Origin: Harriotta raleighana
Lineage: Eukaryota
Direction of reading: 5' to 3'
Length of the DNA stretch: 64,000 bases
Assembly (NCBI GenBank): GCA_050575255.1
Contig: JBNZDD010013730.1
Coordinates: 6,230,543-6,294,542 of the forward strand
Shown here in pieces: positions 38,070 to 51,091 of the stretch (position 1 is its first letter; the number at the start of each line of letters is the position of its first letter). Under the pieces are notes generated by a model. The model had not been told where the DNA came from, ran no database searches, and saw only the letters and a list, made by a program, of their open reading frames with translations. The translations under genes were made by a program, and so were the position numbers.

Positions 38070-39290
38070 CTCAGTGGACATATCAATATAGTGGATGGGC
38101 TCACAGAAGAACATCTTGTTAGCAGAGGATCGAGAGGGAGGAGGAACTCGATCCTCTGCGAAGAAGATGCAGAGGATCACATCTGGAGTAGAATTGCAGA
38201 GCGCATGAGCAGAATAGGTGAAAGCTCACTCAACAATGGTGGAGTAGGGAACATGCGCATGTAGCAGGCAGGTGTCAGTTGAATAGCGGGAGTGGCAGAG
38301 TTGCAAATGACAGATACCAGGAATTTTTGTTTACCCAGAAAGCAATCAAGAACTAAAAGAGTTGCCAGGAAAGGTGGTAGAGGCCAGAATACAAGACTCA
38401 TTTAAAAAGCAGCTTGATGCAGTCATGGCGGACGTCAGGCTAAGTATATTAGAAGTCTGGTCCAAAGGGCCTTCTTCATTCAGGCCAATCATGTGAGCTT
38501 GTAGTCACAAAGGAATTTGAACATGAGGATTTAATCTCTAGTTCAATACGCTGGGGAATGGGGAGGCAGTGAAGCCCAGCAACGATGGAGGGAGCTCTGA
38601 GCTCACGGAGCCAAGTGTCGGAGAGGATACGGAGAGTTCTGGTTAGATAGAAAAGGTTAGGGGAAAGGTTAGAGTTCTGGTAAGGGGAAAGTGTAATAAC
38701 AGTTAGAAAATAGTAACAAAACCATGGAAAGAGAAAACTGAACATAATAGATTCATGAATGGATGGGTACAGACATTTTTTTAAAAATTATTCAATAATC
38801 TCAACGTTTGTGGTAGTACAATGCAATTTATACGAAGCCTTTCACATCAGGAGGATGCTCCGAAGTGCATTCACACTGCTGGGTCAATGTAACATTCTTG
38901 TTGAGATTTTAAGAAAGATTGAGCACCTTTATTACGGAGGTATTATTGTTCTAACGTTTCCCGTAGCATTGTAGTGCGGAAGCTGAAAGCAGAGAAATAG
39001 CTGGGGCCCAGGAATGAGAGTGTGGGGAAAGGTTCTGGCACTCTAAAGGTTAACACCCGAATATACTCATCACAATGCAGGCAAGAAAGAGATCACCCAT
39101 AAAATGAATGCAGCATGTTTGAAGTTAATTACTGGGAGCGAGAAGCAAAATAAAAGAGGAAAAGGAAACCGATCCCAGAGAGAATCAAAGAGGTCAGAAA
39201 TTTCGATGGCAGCCGATTCACCGTGCTGGACCTCGTTGGAAGCTACTTCCTTGAACATGGTGGTGAGCATGTTTGGTGAGTTTCAAGATA
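38070..39290 (-). mobile_element. Highly decayed L2-type LINE pieces
   Basis: ORF 38476..38745(-) has LHCLPIPQRIELEI (L2 LHWLPxxQRIxFKI motif); an RT-like ..FLGP segment near 39000. Confidence 0.5.
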
Positions 39291-40639
39291 AAGGGTAACA
39301 GTCAGATGAAAACAAATATCTGGTGAGTCGTCTCAAAGGGCTTCACGGCATATACTGCAAAGTGCAGTGACTATGTTTTGCGGGTATGAATATTTATTAC
39401 ACATAGACTGATTTATCAACTAAAGGAATGCAATAAGTGATGAAGTTAAGTGGCTCAAATACACCTTCCTAACCGAACGATGGGATGATGCCTTTCTCAC
39501 AGCAGCAGTAAATAAATTGACAAGGAAGCTGTCCCAAGAGCTTCATCACATTCAGCTGGAGGATGGGTCCAGCAAGCTGGTGGAGTTCAGCGAAAAGAAT
39601 AAAACAATTTGAAAGCAAACTCTTGTACATGAAACCAGCAACTAAATTAGGAGAAACTGATTGAGGCCACTAAAAATGTCCTTAACTGACAGAAACATCA
39701 GCAAGCAACGAAGCTGAGACATGTACCCAGGAGACACCCGCAAACTTCAATTTATCATTGCCTCATCATACCCATTGTCTCTTTCTATAACCTTCTTTTA
39801 CAACACATTCACCTGCCAATGTGTTGCAAAAGAAGGTTATACAAAGTGCCACAGGATTGAAATCAAAACCAAATTACAGCAGCGCTAAAGCAGTGATAAT
39901 CCCTCAGGAGCTATCAAGCTTTCTGAACAATTGATATACAGTAATTTTGTTGTGGGTCCTTTTTTTGGGGGGGGGATAAAAATGTTTAAAAGCATTGGTG
40001 AATGTTTGGAAAATGAGATATGGCTGCTCAGAGCCATTCCTGTTAAGAGTGCATAAGATGTACTTAGTAGGAATCACACCTCAAAAAAAGGCAAGGAAAT
40101 TGTGCCTATGTTTTGACGTCAGTATTCTATCACATTGTTGATAGATTCGATGTAGATTGAAAACATTTATAGATTATTGTGCAGGTTGTGTGGCCAGCCT
40201 AGATAGTGGAATCAACTGAAGGGAATTCACTAGAGTAGAGCCAGTATAATAAGTGATGCCGTGACAAACAGTTCCCTTAGTAACTGGAAACTGGGAAAAT
40301 TGCATGTGTGAAATGGGAACTGCATTGGGTCCGTTTGAGTTTCTTTCTCTCTGTCCCTTTTGCAGCCTTTCACATCTGGACAGTATTTGCTAGCGTACAA
40401 GAAGCCATTGGCCAAGATGTTATTGGTGGTTCTGGGACCACGTATTTTCTCTTCACAACACAGCAAACTACTGTAGTCAGAAAAAAATCATCAGTGTTTC
40501 ATCCAAAAGTGCTGCTGTATGGCAAAAATAATGGATAGAGTTCACACTCGGGGAAGTTCATCCAGTGCAGAGATCTGACCAAAATCTCCTGCTTTACTCC
40601 CTTTGATGAATCGATTCCAGAAATCAGATAGTGTTACTG

Positions 40640-41200
40640 CTTGGGGCTATCGACCACCAAGAATTATTACATGTAACAACAACTGGCAAAGGTTCAGTAA
40701 GGTTCAGGGAAATAGCGGGCAACTTCATTGAGTTAAGGATTTTGAAAAGGCAGTACAATGAACAATAGGGAAATTTGCTGGAAGTCTATTCTGTGAGGAA
40801 AAGGGGGGAATACTTTCTCAACCAATATATTCAGTGCGTAAGAAAAGCAAATAACCAAGAAAAAGAGGCATTTGCCAAAATGGATATGTAGGTTAATTAA
40901 AATGGGAATAAATAGGAAAAACAAATTATACTAAGTCTCTAGGGGGAAAGGAAGAAGAGAGGCTGGAAGGATTGTAGGAATTTTAAGATAAAAGTGCTAT
41001 TAGAAGTGCCAAAAGGAACTCGGTGGATGAATATCTCTAAAAAAAAATAAAGAGAACTCTTAAAAAACACAGTTCCAGTATCTAAAGTAAAATAGTAGCT
41101 AGAACTCTTGAAAGATGAAAGTGTCTGGGAAGTTAAATAAGATAAAAAGTTAAATAAAACATGAAATGAATGGGCTTTGGAAGTATTCACTGGGGGACCA
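40640..41200 (+). mobile_element. Decayed CR1-like ORF2 fragment (endonuclease/linker region)
   Basis: ggggctatcgaccacca (G-YRPP-like), purine-rich Lys/Glu-coding texture and gtattcact (VFT-like); many stops. Confidence 0.4.
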
Positions 41201-41640
41201 TACTAGCTTTTGCCTGTTCATTTCCTGTGGTGCACCTACAATCCTGGAGGATTTCGAAGTCAGTGTAGTGGGGATGCATGATGAGCTCAGGGAATTTAAA
41301 ATCAGCAAACACAAAATAAAAGATTTACAAATACATTGATAATGGAACAGGTCTTTTGAGACTTTTCACAGTTCGTAACCAGCAATTGTTTCGATTGCAG
41401 CAGTTGAACATCATGGATAACTCAGCTTAACCACATACACAAAGCTCTTTCCCCCACACCCCCTACCTCGACCATCACCGACCCAATTAGTATTCAGTTC
41501 CTTGCGATGATATGATGATACAGCAAAGCTGATAGGACAGCTCTATCTAACACTGAGTATTATTTTAGCTGAAAAACGGTTCAGTTCCCACATTGAGCTG
41601 AGTTAACTGATCTCACTAGAGTCAAGACAAAGGTGTTATA

Positions 41641-42190
41641 GATTCATAGAATTTTTCAGCACAAAAGGAGGCCATTTGGCCCATCGAGACTGTATGGGCT
41701 CTTTGAAAAGAGCTAGTCAAAGTCAATTCTACTCACCGCCTCTCTCCCCATAACCCCGCAAATCCATCCCCCCCAAATAACCATCCACCTCTCTTTTAAA
41801 AGTTGTTGTCATATCAGTCTCCAGCTATTTTAAATCTGCAATGTCGAGTCACTGACGCACCCACCAGTGGAAACTATTTCTCCCTGTTTGCCCTATCGAA
41901 TCCCCTCAGGATTTCAAAACTTCTATTAGGTCTCCTCGTAACCTTCTCTGCTCCAATGAGAATAATTTTAGCCTCTCTAGTCTTTCCTCATAACCAAAGT
42001 CCCTCATGCCTGGTACCATCCTGGTAAATCTCCTCTGCACCCTTTCCAATGCCTTAACTAAAGTGTGATGCCCAGAAATGAACACAGTACTCTAGCTGAG
42101 GCCTAACCAGGGTTTTATACAGGTTAATCATAATTTCCTGACTTCTGTATTCTATGGCCCCATTATAAAAACCTAGTTATCCTAGTAGCC
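41641..42190 (-). mobile_element. CR1-clade LINE 3' fragment
   Basis: Minus strand encodes [20 protein letters not shown] (CR1 ORF2 motif) and ends in the CR1 3' UTR with an attctatgaatc tail. Confidence 0.85.
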
Positions 42191-42784
42191 TAATATTATA
42201 ATTGGGATCAAAAAGTTCAGCCTTGGATGTTGGGAGAGTTAACAAAAGAATCAGTTGGCATTCCTGCTCCTTATTTTTGTCGAGTGATTAGTAACAAGGA
42301 GTAAACCAGTGATCAGTGGTGGAACATCCTTGTTGTGTAAACATAGGCAGAAGATTCAAACGGGCTCATGACGTCCACAATCTTAAAATAACATGAAGAT
42401 ATTTTGTGTGGTCAGAAACCTCAGTGGCCTCTTTGGCAACATGTCAGGAGAAGAGAGAAAAGGTAAGGATGACGTCACACTTACACAAAAAGACTGTAAT
42501 TTTGTAGAGGTTGCTGTGATTTATCAACTTATACAGCCAGCATCAACAAGTGAAACACATGAGCATGACTGCAGTGCCAGAGACGGAGTATAAGAACATC
42601 ATCAGTGAGGGAGACACAACCATTCTCCCTTGATGGAGCTTTCAAACCCTCAGTTTCCAGGCTTTATTGAATACTGAAAAAACTGTCTAAATCGTAAAGT
42701 ACTTTTGTGGAAAACTGCTTCAGCTTTGATTTCAACTTGATTTAATCAACAACAGTTTCTCTTCATATTTCAATATAGATGTAT

Positions 42785-42890
42785 ATCTCCAACAAATATA
42801 CAGTCAATTCATTTTACCGTATATTCTGTGAAGCACTCTGAGATGTCTAGAAGATGTGAAAAGCACTATATCAAATGCAAGGATTACAGT
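42785..42890 (+). mobile_element. SINE 3' fragment
   Basis: caaatatacagtcaattc...atattctgtgaagcac...aaatgcaaggatta. Confidence 0.8.
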
Positions 42891-45800
42891 ATTACTGTAT
42901 TATACTCTATTTAAGTCAACACATTAATTAGCACTATTCATGTTTGCAGAAATCTGTATATAAATTCCTTTATCGGTGCTCATATACATGATGATAGACT
43001 TTAGTAGACTTGGTTCTTGAATGCAAACTATAGTTATGGTGTGTCCCATCAGGATTGCAGTCTCATTCAGTCCTATTATGTGTGAGTGGTAGGTTATTGC
43101 TGTTTTCAAATATTTAAGGTTTTGCAGGCTATTCTTAATATTAAAAGTACCTTCAATAGCAATCATATTCAATATTAACTTTACAATACTTATTTGCTGT
43201 CACCATCATCTGGGTTAAATTGTCGTATTTAACCCCCTCAAAAAAATCTCAATAGCTTTAAATGTTTCCTATCTATTACATGAATTTATTGTTATAACTC
43301 AGTATCGAAATTGAAGGCAATCAAATTAGTGTATGTGGCAGGTAGGTGTAGATACTGTATACTAATTCATATAAAAACAGCCCTGGTAAATATTCAAGGG
43401 TGGAAATCTGAACCAACTTGTCACACTTTTCTGATTGTGATGCCTTGTTTAATCGAGCCAGTTGGGAAATACACAAAGAAACTATTATTTCACTGCAATA
43501 TCAGACCAGGCTCTAAAATTTATTTAAAGTCCTAGTGAGTCCTAGTTAGTTGTATAAATGTAAGGTGGCAGCAGGAATTTGGTTTGCTTCTGGATTTAAC
43601 TTTAGTGTCTTAAGTTTCAATTATGTGATAAGGCACAAAATCAAATGCAAGGATTGGTATTATTATTTAATTTCTTCAAAGTCAAATCTGATCTCATTCC
43701 AATTCCATCACAATATATATGGGAAAGCAGGCAAGTGTGAGTTTGTAAAATACTAACTTTACTTTGATTTTAGAGGTTATTTTGTTGTTTTTATTTTGTT
43801 GTAAAAACTGGCTTCTTATGTAACGAGTAGCATTTGCATTTTTACAGATCAACAGACATATTCTCTAAATAGTTGACTATTTAGAGAAGTTTTTGTTATC
43901 ATACAATGCCTTTTTGTTTCTCAAACAACAAATGGATAACGCATTAAAAATCTGAAAATGTTTCCTTCAAAAGACATATCAGAATAATTGATTCTGCTAA
44001 CAGATTATTCTTAGCTCCAAAATCAAAACATTGGACACGATGGAGACTTACAATCCAACAAAGTTTCAGAAACCAAAACATTAGCTGCAGAAAAGATGAT
44101 TTTTTTCTCAAATAAATAAAGCAAATTTCCTCATGAATCTCACCATTTAATTTGTATCTCTTATTACTGCAACACCCTGTGAATACTGTGCCATTAAAAA
44201 ATAGGGAATATTCTTCTGAAGTTATTTTTTATTTAAAATGCCACAAAAGAAAGGAACCAAGCTATGAAATACCTGAGAGAGTTTGATACTGGCAGCTAGT
44301 GTAAAGAAAAAAGGCCAAAGCATCCCATTTTTCCACAAGGATATCCATCAACTCAAAAACATAATAAATGATCAAGCAATATACATGCTAACAACTGAAA
44401 TACATATAGTCATTAACCAGCTCGTGAAAGAAGCCTCAAACACAAAGATCCCATCAGGGTGAATGAGATTTGATGCCGGGTAAGCAACCAAATTTGTGAT
44501 GATCGTTCTAGACATTGGAAAATTACTTACACTTTGACAATGAAATCCCTTCATATTATCTAATTCTGTAAAGGTACAAACTGATCAATATTTATGAAGT
44601 CGCTTTCGGACTTTGGGAGAGTGTACATGGCCATGAACAAGCAAAACTGTTTCATAATCAGCTCCTACATCCACAGAATTGTCTTGTTTGAGTTGTCAGG
44701 TGCATAACATCAGATGCAGATGAGATGGTGGAGCTGAGAGGAGGGAAGGACACACAAGGAGTTCCAACATTAAACAAATTCTCAACACCCTATAACTGAT
44801 GCTCAAGGAGCAGGATTGGCAGAGCTTGATAGATGGCTTGCTATTCATATAAGATCAGCTGCAAAATCCAATTGTCTGGGATGAATCTTATGCTTGAGAT
44901 GATAATAGAATGATTGTTTAGTATTATTATGCACTTAAATCAAAATTAACTTCCATTTTGACTTGCTCATTGTTTTTTGCAATTACCATAGAAACATACC
45001 TGCTGGGTTGACCAATGAAATAAATAAAACTGTTACTTGAAAGACACTCCTTGGCATTGGAAGACCCACTGATGCCTGTGATTAGATGTCCTCAGCTGGA
45101 GCCTGAAATGAGCAAGTAGCATGGTGTGTAAGCCCCAGTAATTACCTTTGCTGCTAACAGGATAAGCATGATTGGTCACAACCTGATAGTCTAAATTCTC
45201 TTTGAACTCTTAACACAGATTCTAAATTACCTGCTTATCTAATCGATATACAAGGTAGACATGTGTGGTTTAAAGAAGCAACATGATAGGTTACATCTGC
45301 AGTAAAGGATATGCTTTTCCTGTTCTTTAGTCTTCCATAACTATTACTTTCAGAGAATGAAGCAGATCCCATTCAAGTTAAGATCAATGCATCACAAATT
45401 TGGGATCACACATGTTTGGTGAAACCTGTTCTAAATAACCACATTTTCTCTCAACTTGCCAATAACATTTTTATTTGAAGTGCAAATAAAACCACTGTTA
45501 GCATTTATACCACATTCACCAGCTGCTAAAATGGGAGCAATTAAAGCACCAGTACAGCAAGCATGAACTGGAGTTACAATACCGTATAGACAAAAAACCA
45601 CTTGAGAACAGTGCTGGAAAACAAACGTACGAACACATATAAATGATGAAATAGCACCCATTGACATTGACTAGATCGGAAAGGCCTTTAGCAGTATAGT
45701 GCTAAGAAAATAATTTGAAAGTCATTTTGTCTTGTTCTTTCCATGGTTGATTGTGTAGTTGATTGGATTTTCTTCCGCAGTTGACTGATTTAGATCATCC

Positions 45801-47859
45801 CAAGAGATTGAGATCAACATTCTAAATCACTGATTAATCAGAGATGGTTAATTTAAGCAAAATGTTTTTTTTTGTAAAATACAGTGAGGGCATGCAATGT
45901 GTGGCAGAAGAAGCAAAATGTTGTTTGGTGATCTTTCAATTTGCCTAAGGTTAAACATGTTAATTGTGATCCATATGACTATTAATTAAACTTAATAAAG
46001 AAGTTCACTTTTCTCGTGCAACAATTTAAAATGTATGCAGAATCCCTCTGTAAAACATTTTTTTTTTAAATCCAGTGTTGCCTTTCCAATGTAGGCACAG
46101 TAATCTTATTTTCCTTAAAAAGTATTCAATTGAAGGCATTTTAGGTGCACTGAATTCCCCCAAATATTGTGCAGTACAAATTATACGATTTAAGGCACTT
46201 CTCAGTTGCCATCTTGATTTGACAAATAATGCAAATGAATGTATGAATATTAAAAGCCTGTTGACTGTATAACAGTTACAAAAATGGCAGTTCATTTTAT
46301 TACACTACAAAACTGTTATATTTAATGATTCAACATTACCAGCATGCACTAAAAATGAATTTTAAGGGGTTAAATGTCATATCTGTGGCAAATCATTTTG
46401 GCTTGCTCACCAAGTGACAGAAATGCCATGATGAAAACATGTCATCACATGGCATCAACCATCAATCCGCACCATTGTAATAAAAACAGGTACAATGTTC
46501 ATCTCCTTTTCCTCCCTCCGGATTGTCAAATATTAACCTTAAGATTGATTTGAACGTCCAATATTTCAGATGCTTGACAATTTCTAATGTGAAATGTTAA
46601 ACTCAGGCATTCGAAAAGGCACTGCTGTCTCGTCATTCTACTGATCCAGGACTAATGTCTTAGTAGATGCTTTTGATAAACAAAATTATCTGAGCCTTGA
46701 TTCATGGCAGTACAGTACTTTGATGAACTGTCATAAAGGTATATAATAGATAACATGTAATTAAAACGCCAAGTTTCTAAAACAATTGAATTCAGCATGA
46801 AATCATTCATTCATTATATAATGACATAGATTTGCTTCTTTCACAGAATTTATTTTTCAACTTTAAAGGTACAACCTCTTAGTGCATGTTACCAGTTAAA
46901 CACACATGATATAAAATTTACCTGGATCTATATTTATTCTATGGATTTAGAATTATAGAATTTCCCAAATTCTGTGAAATACAGTTTCAATTTAGCAAAT
47001 TGTGATGAATACAGACTTAATTTTGATATTCTATAATTTTCTGCAGAGAAACGACTTTATAGTTAAATCATTTATCTGCAGAAAATTACAGAAAATCAGT
47101 CGACTGAATCCAAGAATTTGCCCAAGTCTCTGAAATGCTATGTTTATAGAGAAAATCGAGACCCGTCTTCCCCCCAAAATGTGGTTTTGATTATAATTTC
47201 ATTATACAAACATAAACCAATTTTCAATGAATTACAAATTTACAGCCCAAGTGATAATGTCAATTTAGTTGATTCTAATTTTATTGATGCAAATCCACCA
47301 CTGAGAGAGTTCAACCATGAAATGACACATACATGATGGAGAAGGGAACATATAAGTACAGTATTAGGAAAGAGCAATAATGGTGGTGGAGGCTTGTGTG
47401 GAATATAATACAGATACAGACTAGTTAGACCAACCAGTCAGTCTTCTTTTGAATTCCACTTTAATTCATTAGTATAAATAGACGGTGGGTTTGCCTGCAT
47501 CCAGTCATGAAAGATATTTGAGTAGCAAATGAGATATAATTACACAGAGTTACCACCCAAGTGATAACAAACATTTTGGTGGACATGTAGCAATTTGGAT
47601 TCTCCACTGTCAGAGTTAAATCACAAATGAATATCACTGCACGACAGAGTATAAAATCACCACCAATGAGAGTAAGATAGATAAGAACATGATTATATAA
47701 AATTCCTATCGTTTCATTTTCTCACCCCAAAGAATACTTTGCTAACACCAGCAAGCAGGAACACAAAGTTCAAAGCAATGAGGTAAAATGCGCACCATCA
47801 ATCCAAACTTCCACCCAACACATTAGTAACTGAGGAGGTGGCATGGGGATCTAGGTATA

Positions 47860-47932
47860 AATAATAATCCTTGCATTCGATATAGTGAGTTATCGTGTCT
47901 TTGAGACATCTCAAATCGCTTCATAGAATACT
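47860..47932 (-). mobile_element. SINE 3' fragment
   Basis: ataataatccttgcattcgatatag...gcttcatagaatac is the reverse complement of the family tail. Confidence 0.7.
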
Positions 47933-49809
47933 TTTATAATCGAAAGGCGAGGAATGTTCAAGTAAGATGGATTGCCACAACCTCACTTAGTTTCCAGCTT
48001 CAGGGAAAGATTGTTGAATAAGACATTGGAGATGCATAGACCACAGTGCAATACAGCCTTTCTCCACAATATGATACATTTGCAAAGCCTTTCCAATGCT
48101 TGGAATCCTGCTTTGCATAACTTCAATCTACTCCATTTAGCTGACACAATTGCAGGCGCAGAGCTTTGGTTTAGTCAACATAAGGCTGGAATGCCTTCTA
48201 AACTGAGCATAGGATAAATAGACACTTGGGGTGGCATTAAAATTGACTTAACTTGATAGTTACCTGCACAGAGAGTGATGAATTCACACACTACATGCAA
48301 AAAGGAAAGTTTAGGAAACCTTTGGTAGGACAAGCAGAGTTTCTGAAGTGATGTCGACTGTATACTACACATTTATTGAATCTGTGCGAGAGTCATTGCA
48401 CCTTCCTGTGAGACAGAATAAGAGTCCAGAAAGCTGAGCCAACACTCAGTGGCATTGTCATCCATGTGGCTCAGTTTACAGTCACTCACTGGAGAAATTG
48501 ATGTGTGGCTCCTTTTGTAAATCACATCACAACTGGAAACAGAATGGGCTCGAAGACAACCATCTGAATGCACACTGACAAGGAGCAGAGGCACCTCAGA
48601 GAATACACCAAAGAGACAGCCTTTCAGACAATACCACCACCACTTTTGTTCTGTTGATGGCAAACAGCTAGTTCTTTGATAAGTAAAAGCTTCATCTGCA
48701 ATTTCCGGCTTCTTCACATTCTATGCTCCGATTCTGCTGTTTTACAGCAACTCCTGTCAAAAAGTAATAAGGCTAAAAATAAGATTAATATCAGCACAGC
48801 CATTTTAGACAAACCAATAAGCAGATAGCAATATTGCAATGGATATGAACATTTTAGATATTGATGAACAGTTTTGATTAAGAAATTTAGATCACTAAAA
48901 TACAGTCCTATGTTCCCAAACCATGAAAACACAATACAGTACATGTTTGTCTATTTACATATATAAACCTGCAGGTAATAATGCAAACTGTGATTGAATC
49001 AATTAAATTGCTATTATGTTTTGTTAAATAATACAGGGCAGCAATGTGTCAAGGCTGACAAAGAATTTCTGATTTACATAATTTGTCTTTCCAATTCATT
49101 CTGGTGTTTAAAATCAGTTAGCAAGGAGACAGCAGCATTCCTCAAATCCTATAGATTAGTTATCTTCTTTCACTGTTCGTTTTTCATGCAATTGTGGGTT
49201 GTCTGAGAAATGAAATGATTCCCAAATGTATGTGAGAGTAGCATTTTTTGCTCAAAAACTTGAAGTTGTGCTTGCCTAAAATGCCCAGAATGTGTCACAC
49301 CTGAGCTGAGCGATCAAATACAGTAAAAATCCAATTTGTTTTGCAAAATAATTTATTCTTGGTGATCTTTACATCACTGCAAATAGTAATATATTGAGCC
49401 TACACTCCGTCTCACAATTCAATCCATAAATATACTCCATTCTCTTCAATTTCCTTTCATGACAATTTGTTAATCTCAAATAACTTGAGCCATTGTATTT
49501 TCACATTCTGATATGTTGTATGAAACAAGTGTGTATTTTATACCAAAATTTCTACAAATTGCTTAACATTGAACTCGCTCTTCATTGTATCAACTTCCAT
49601 TTTAAAATGAAATTGAGAAAGTAAACCTCATTCCCAATTTGTGATGTAATTTGTTGCTCTGAAATTATATGAAAATGAAGTCGTGAAGAATAAGGACTTA
49701 AGTGAGGTACGCTGGGAACAAAATCAATTCATGGAAATGGCAGCCTCGCTCAAGCCAGCAACTTCAGGGGATGGGGGAAGTTAAAAAAAAGTTTGTGGAA
49801 AAGTATCAT

Positions 49810-49915
49810 TCGCCCACAAACACACACTCAGATCACTTTACAGTATATCCTGTGAAGTGCTTTCGGATATCCTGCAGATATGAAAGGCTTGATACCAAAT
49901 ACAAGGATTGCGTTA
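49810..49915 (+). mobile_element. SINE 3' fragment upstream of vitellogenin
   Basis: tcgcccacaaa...tcactttacagtatatcctgtgaagtgctt...aaatacaaggatt. Confidence 0.72.
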
Positions 49916-50197
49916 TTTTAATTTTCTTAAAGAAAAGATCAGAAAGTTTACAGTGACCAGAGTCTTTACAGATGATTCTGCTAAAGAAAGTCTAATAGAT
50001 CGACCAAAGCTGATTGTCAATCCACAGTATCTTTATAAAATGTTTTGACAAATGATTGAACTGTTTAGCATGATAATGAATGTTAAAGTCCAGTCATTAT
50101 TTATTCTACTGAGTAAACCCTTCTCGTGGATTGGAACGCATGTTTTTAAGATTGCATTTGGAAGCTGTTCATGTCATCTGTGTGAACTGAGGCAGAA

Positions 50198-50210
50198 AGT
50201 CACAGTGACC
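50198..50210. promoter_or_regulatory. Imperfect estrogen response element (distal)
   Basis: AGTCAcagTGACC, one mismatch from consensus, about 800 nt upstream of TATA. Confidence 0.68.
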
Positions 50211-50704
50211 CAAAACCACAAGAGTTACACAAGAAGAAACTTTGTTTTTTTTGGAGCAGAAGAATTCGGACCAAAGTGAGCTCTTTGTGTGTTTTGCAAG
50301 ATAAATTGGAAGTAATGTTTGGTGAATTGAAGTTAATGTACCCAGAGAGACAAAATAACAGCAATGAGAATTCAATGAATGCATTGTTACATGAGGAACA
50401 AACACATTTCTGGTGGGCTGATAGTAAAAGATGCCATCATCAAACAAATGGACTAATTTGACACGAATAGTCAACTTCATGACCATTGACACCATATCAG
50501 GTTACAAGACCAGTTGCCTAACTAAGCAACCAATGGAAGAGATTCATTTGATTGAGAACACATTATTTTCAAAATATTTAGGTCATCTAATACTGGATAT
50601 ATATATATAGTTGACTTATTTATGAATGTTTAAATGTTCAATGAAATTAAAGCAAAAAGTTACAGTATAACTCGTCACATGTAGGGACATTTGAACAGAA
50701 CATA

Positions 50705-50717
50705 GGTCACAATAACC
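50705..50717. promoter_or_regulatory. Imperfect estrogen response element (proximal)
   Basis: aGGTCAcaaTAACC, one mismatch from GGTCAnnnTGACC, about 300 nt upstream of TATA. Confidence 0.7.
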
Positions 50718-50984
50718 CATATTGAGGTGCTTTGCCAAAATGTATTGCCAAATATTGCAAGAAGAGTTCACAAGCAAATATTTCAAAATAGAAAATTGTA
50801 TTTCACTTTTTTTATTAAAAAAATAAGTACCAAATCTAAAACAGAGATGCTTTTGGTCGAGATATTATATAATTACTTTTTTTTAAGGCTTTGTTTTGGC
50901 TATTTTGAAATGTTGGATGTGTTGTTTGTGTAAGGCAAAGAATACCAAGAGGAAAATGCTCAAATACAAAATAGAGCAAAATCA

Positions 50985-50992
50985 CCACGTGG
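50985..50992. promoter_or_regulatory. E-box (USF/bHLH type) in vitellogenin proximal promoter
   Basis: Palindrome CCACGTGG about 20 nt upstream of the TATA box. Confidence 0.55.
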
Positions 50993-51005
50993 GCTTAACA
51001 TTTGC

Positions 51006-51012
51006 TATAAAA
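51006..51012 (+). promoter_or_regulatory. Vitellogenin TATA box
   Basis: TATAAAA 46 nt upstream of the ATG, consistent with the short 5' UTR of vitellogenin genes. Confidence 0.85.
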
Positions 51013-51051
51013 AGGCAACCAGACATACACAAGGCACTCTCAGCATTCATT

Positions 51052-51091
51052 ATGAGGGGCATCATTTTAGCATTGTCCCTAGTCATCGTGG
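51052..51091 (+). CDS. vtg1: Vitellogenin exon 1 (coding part), signal peptide
   Basis: MRGIILALSLVIV G|gtaagt, 46 nt after the start of TATAAAA. Confidence 0.95.

Noticed and set aside
43229-46372. TTAACCCC...GGGGTTAA ends suggesting a piggyBac-like element
   Set aside because: Only about 8 nt of inverted match over 3 kb and no transposase remnants seen
26000-50900. Many 60-130 aa ORFs in the intergenic region (e.g. 28690..29022, 29268..29582, 48373..48717)
   Set aside because: No recognisable domains and no consistent exon chain; expected by chance or derived from LINE/SINE sequence
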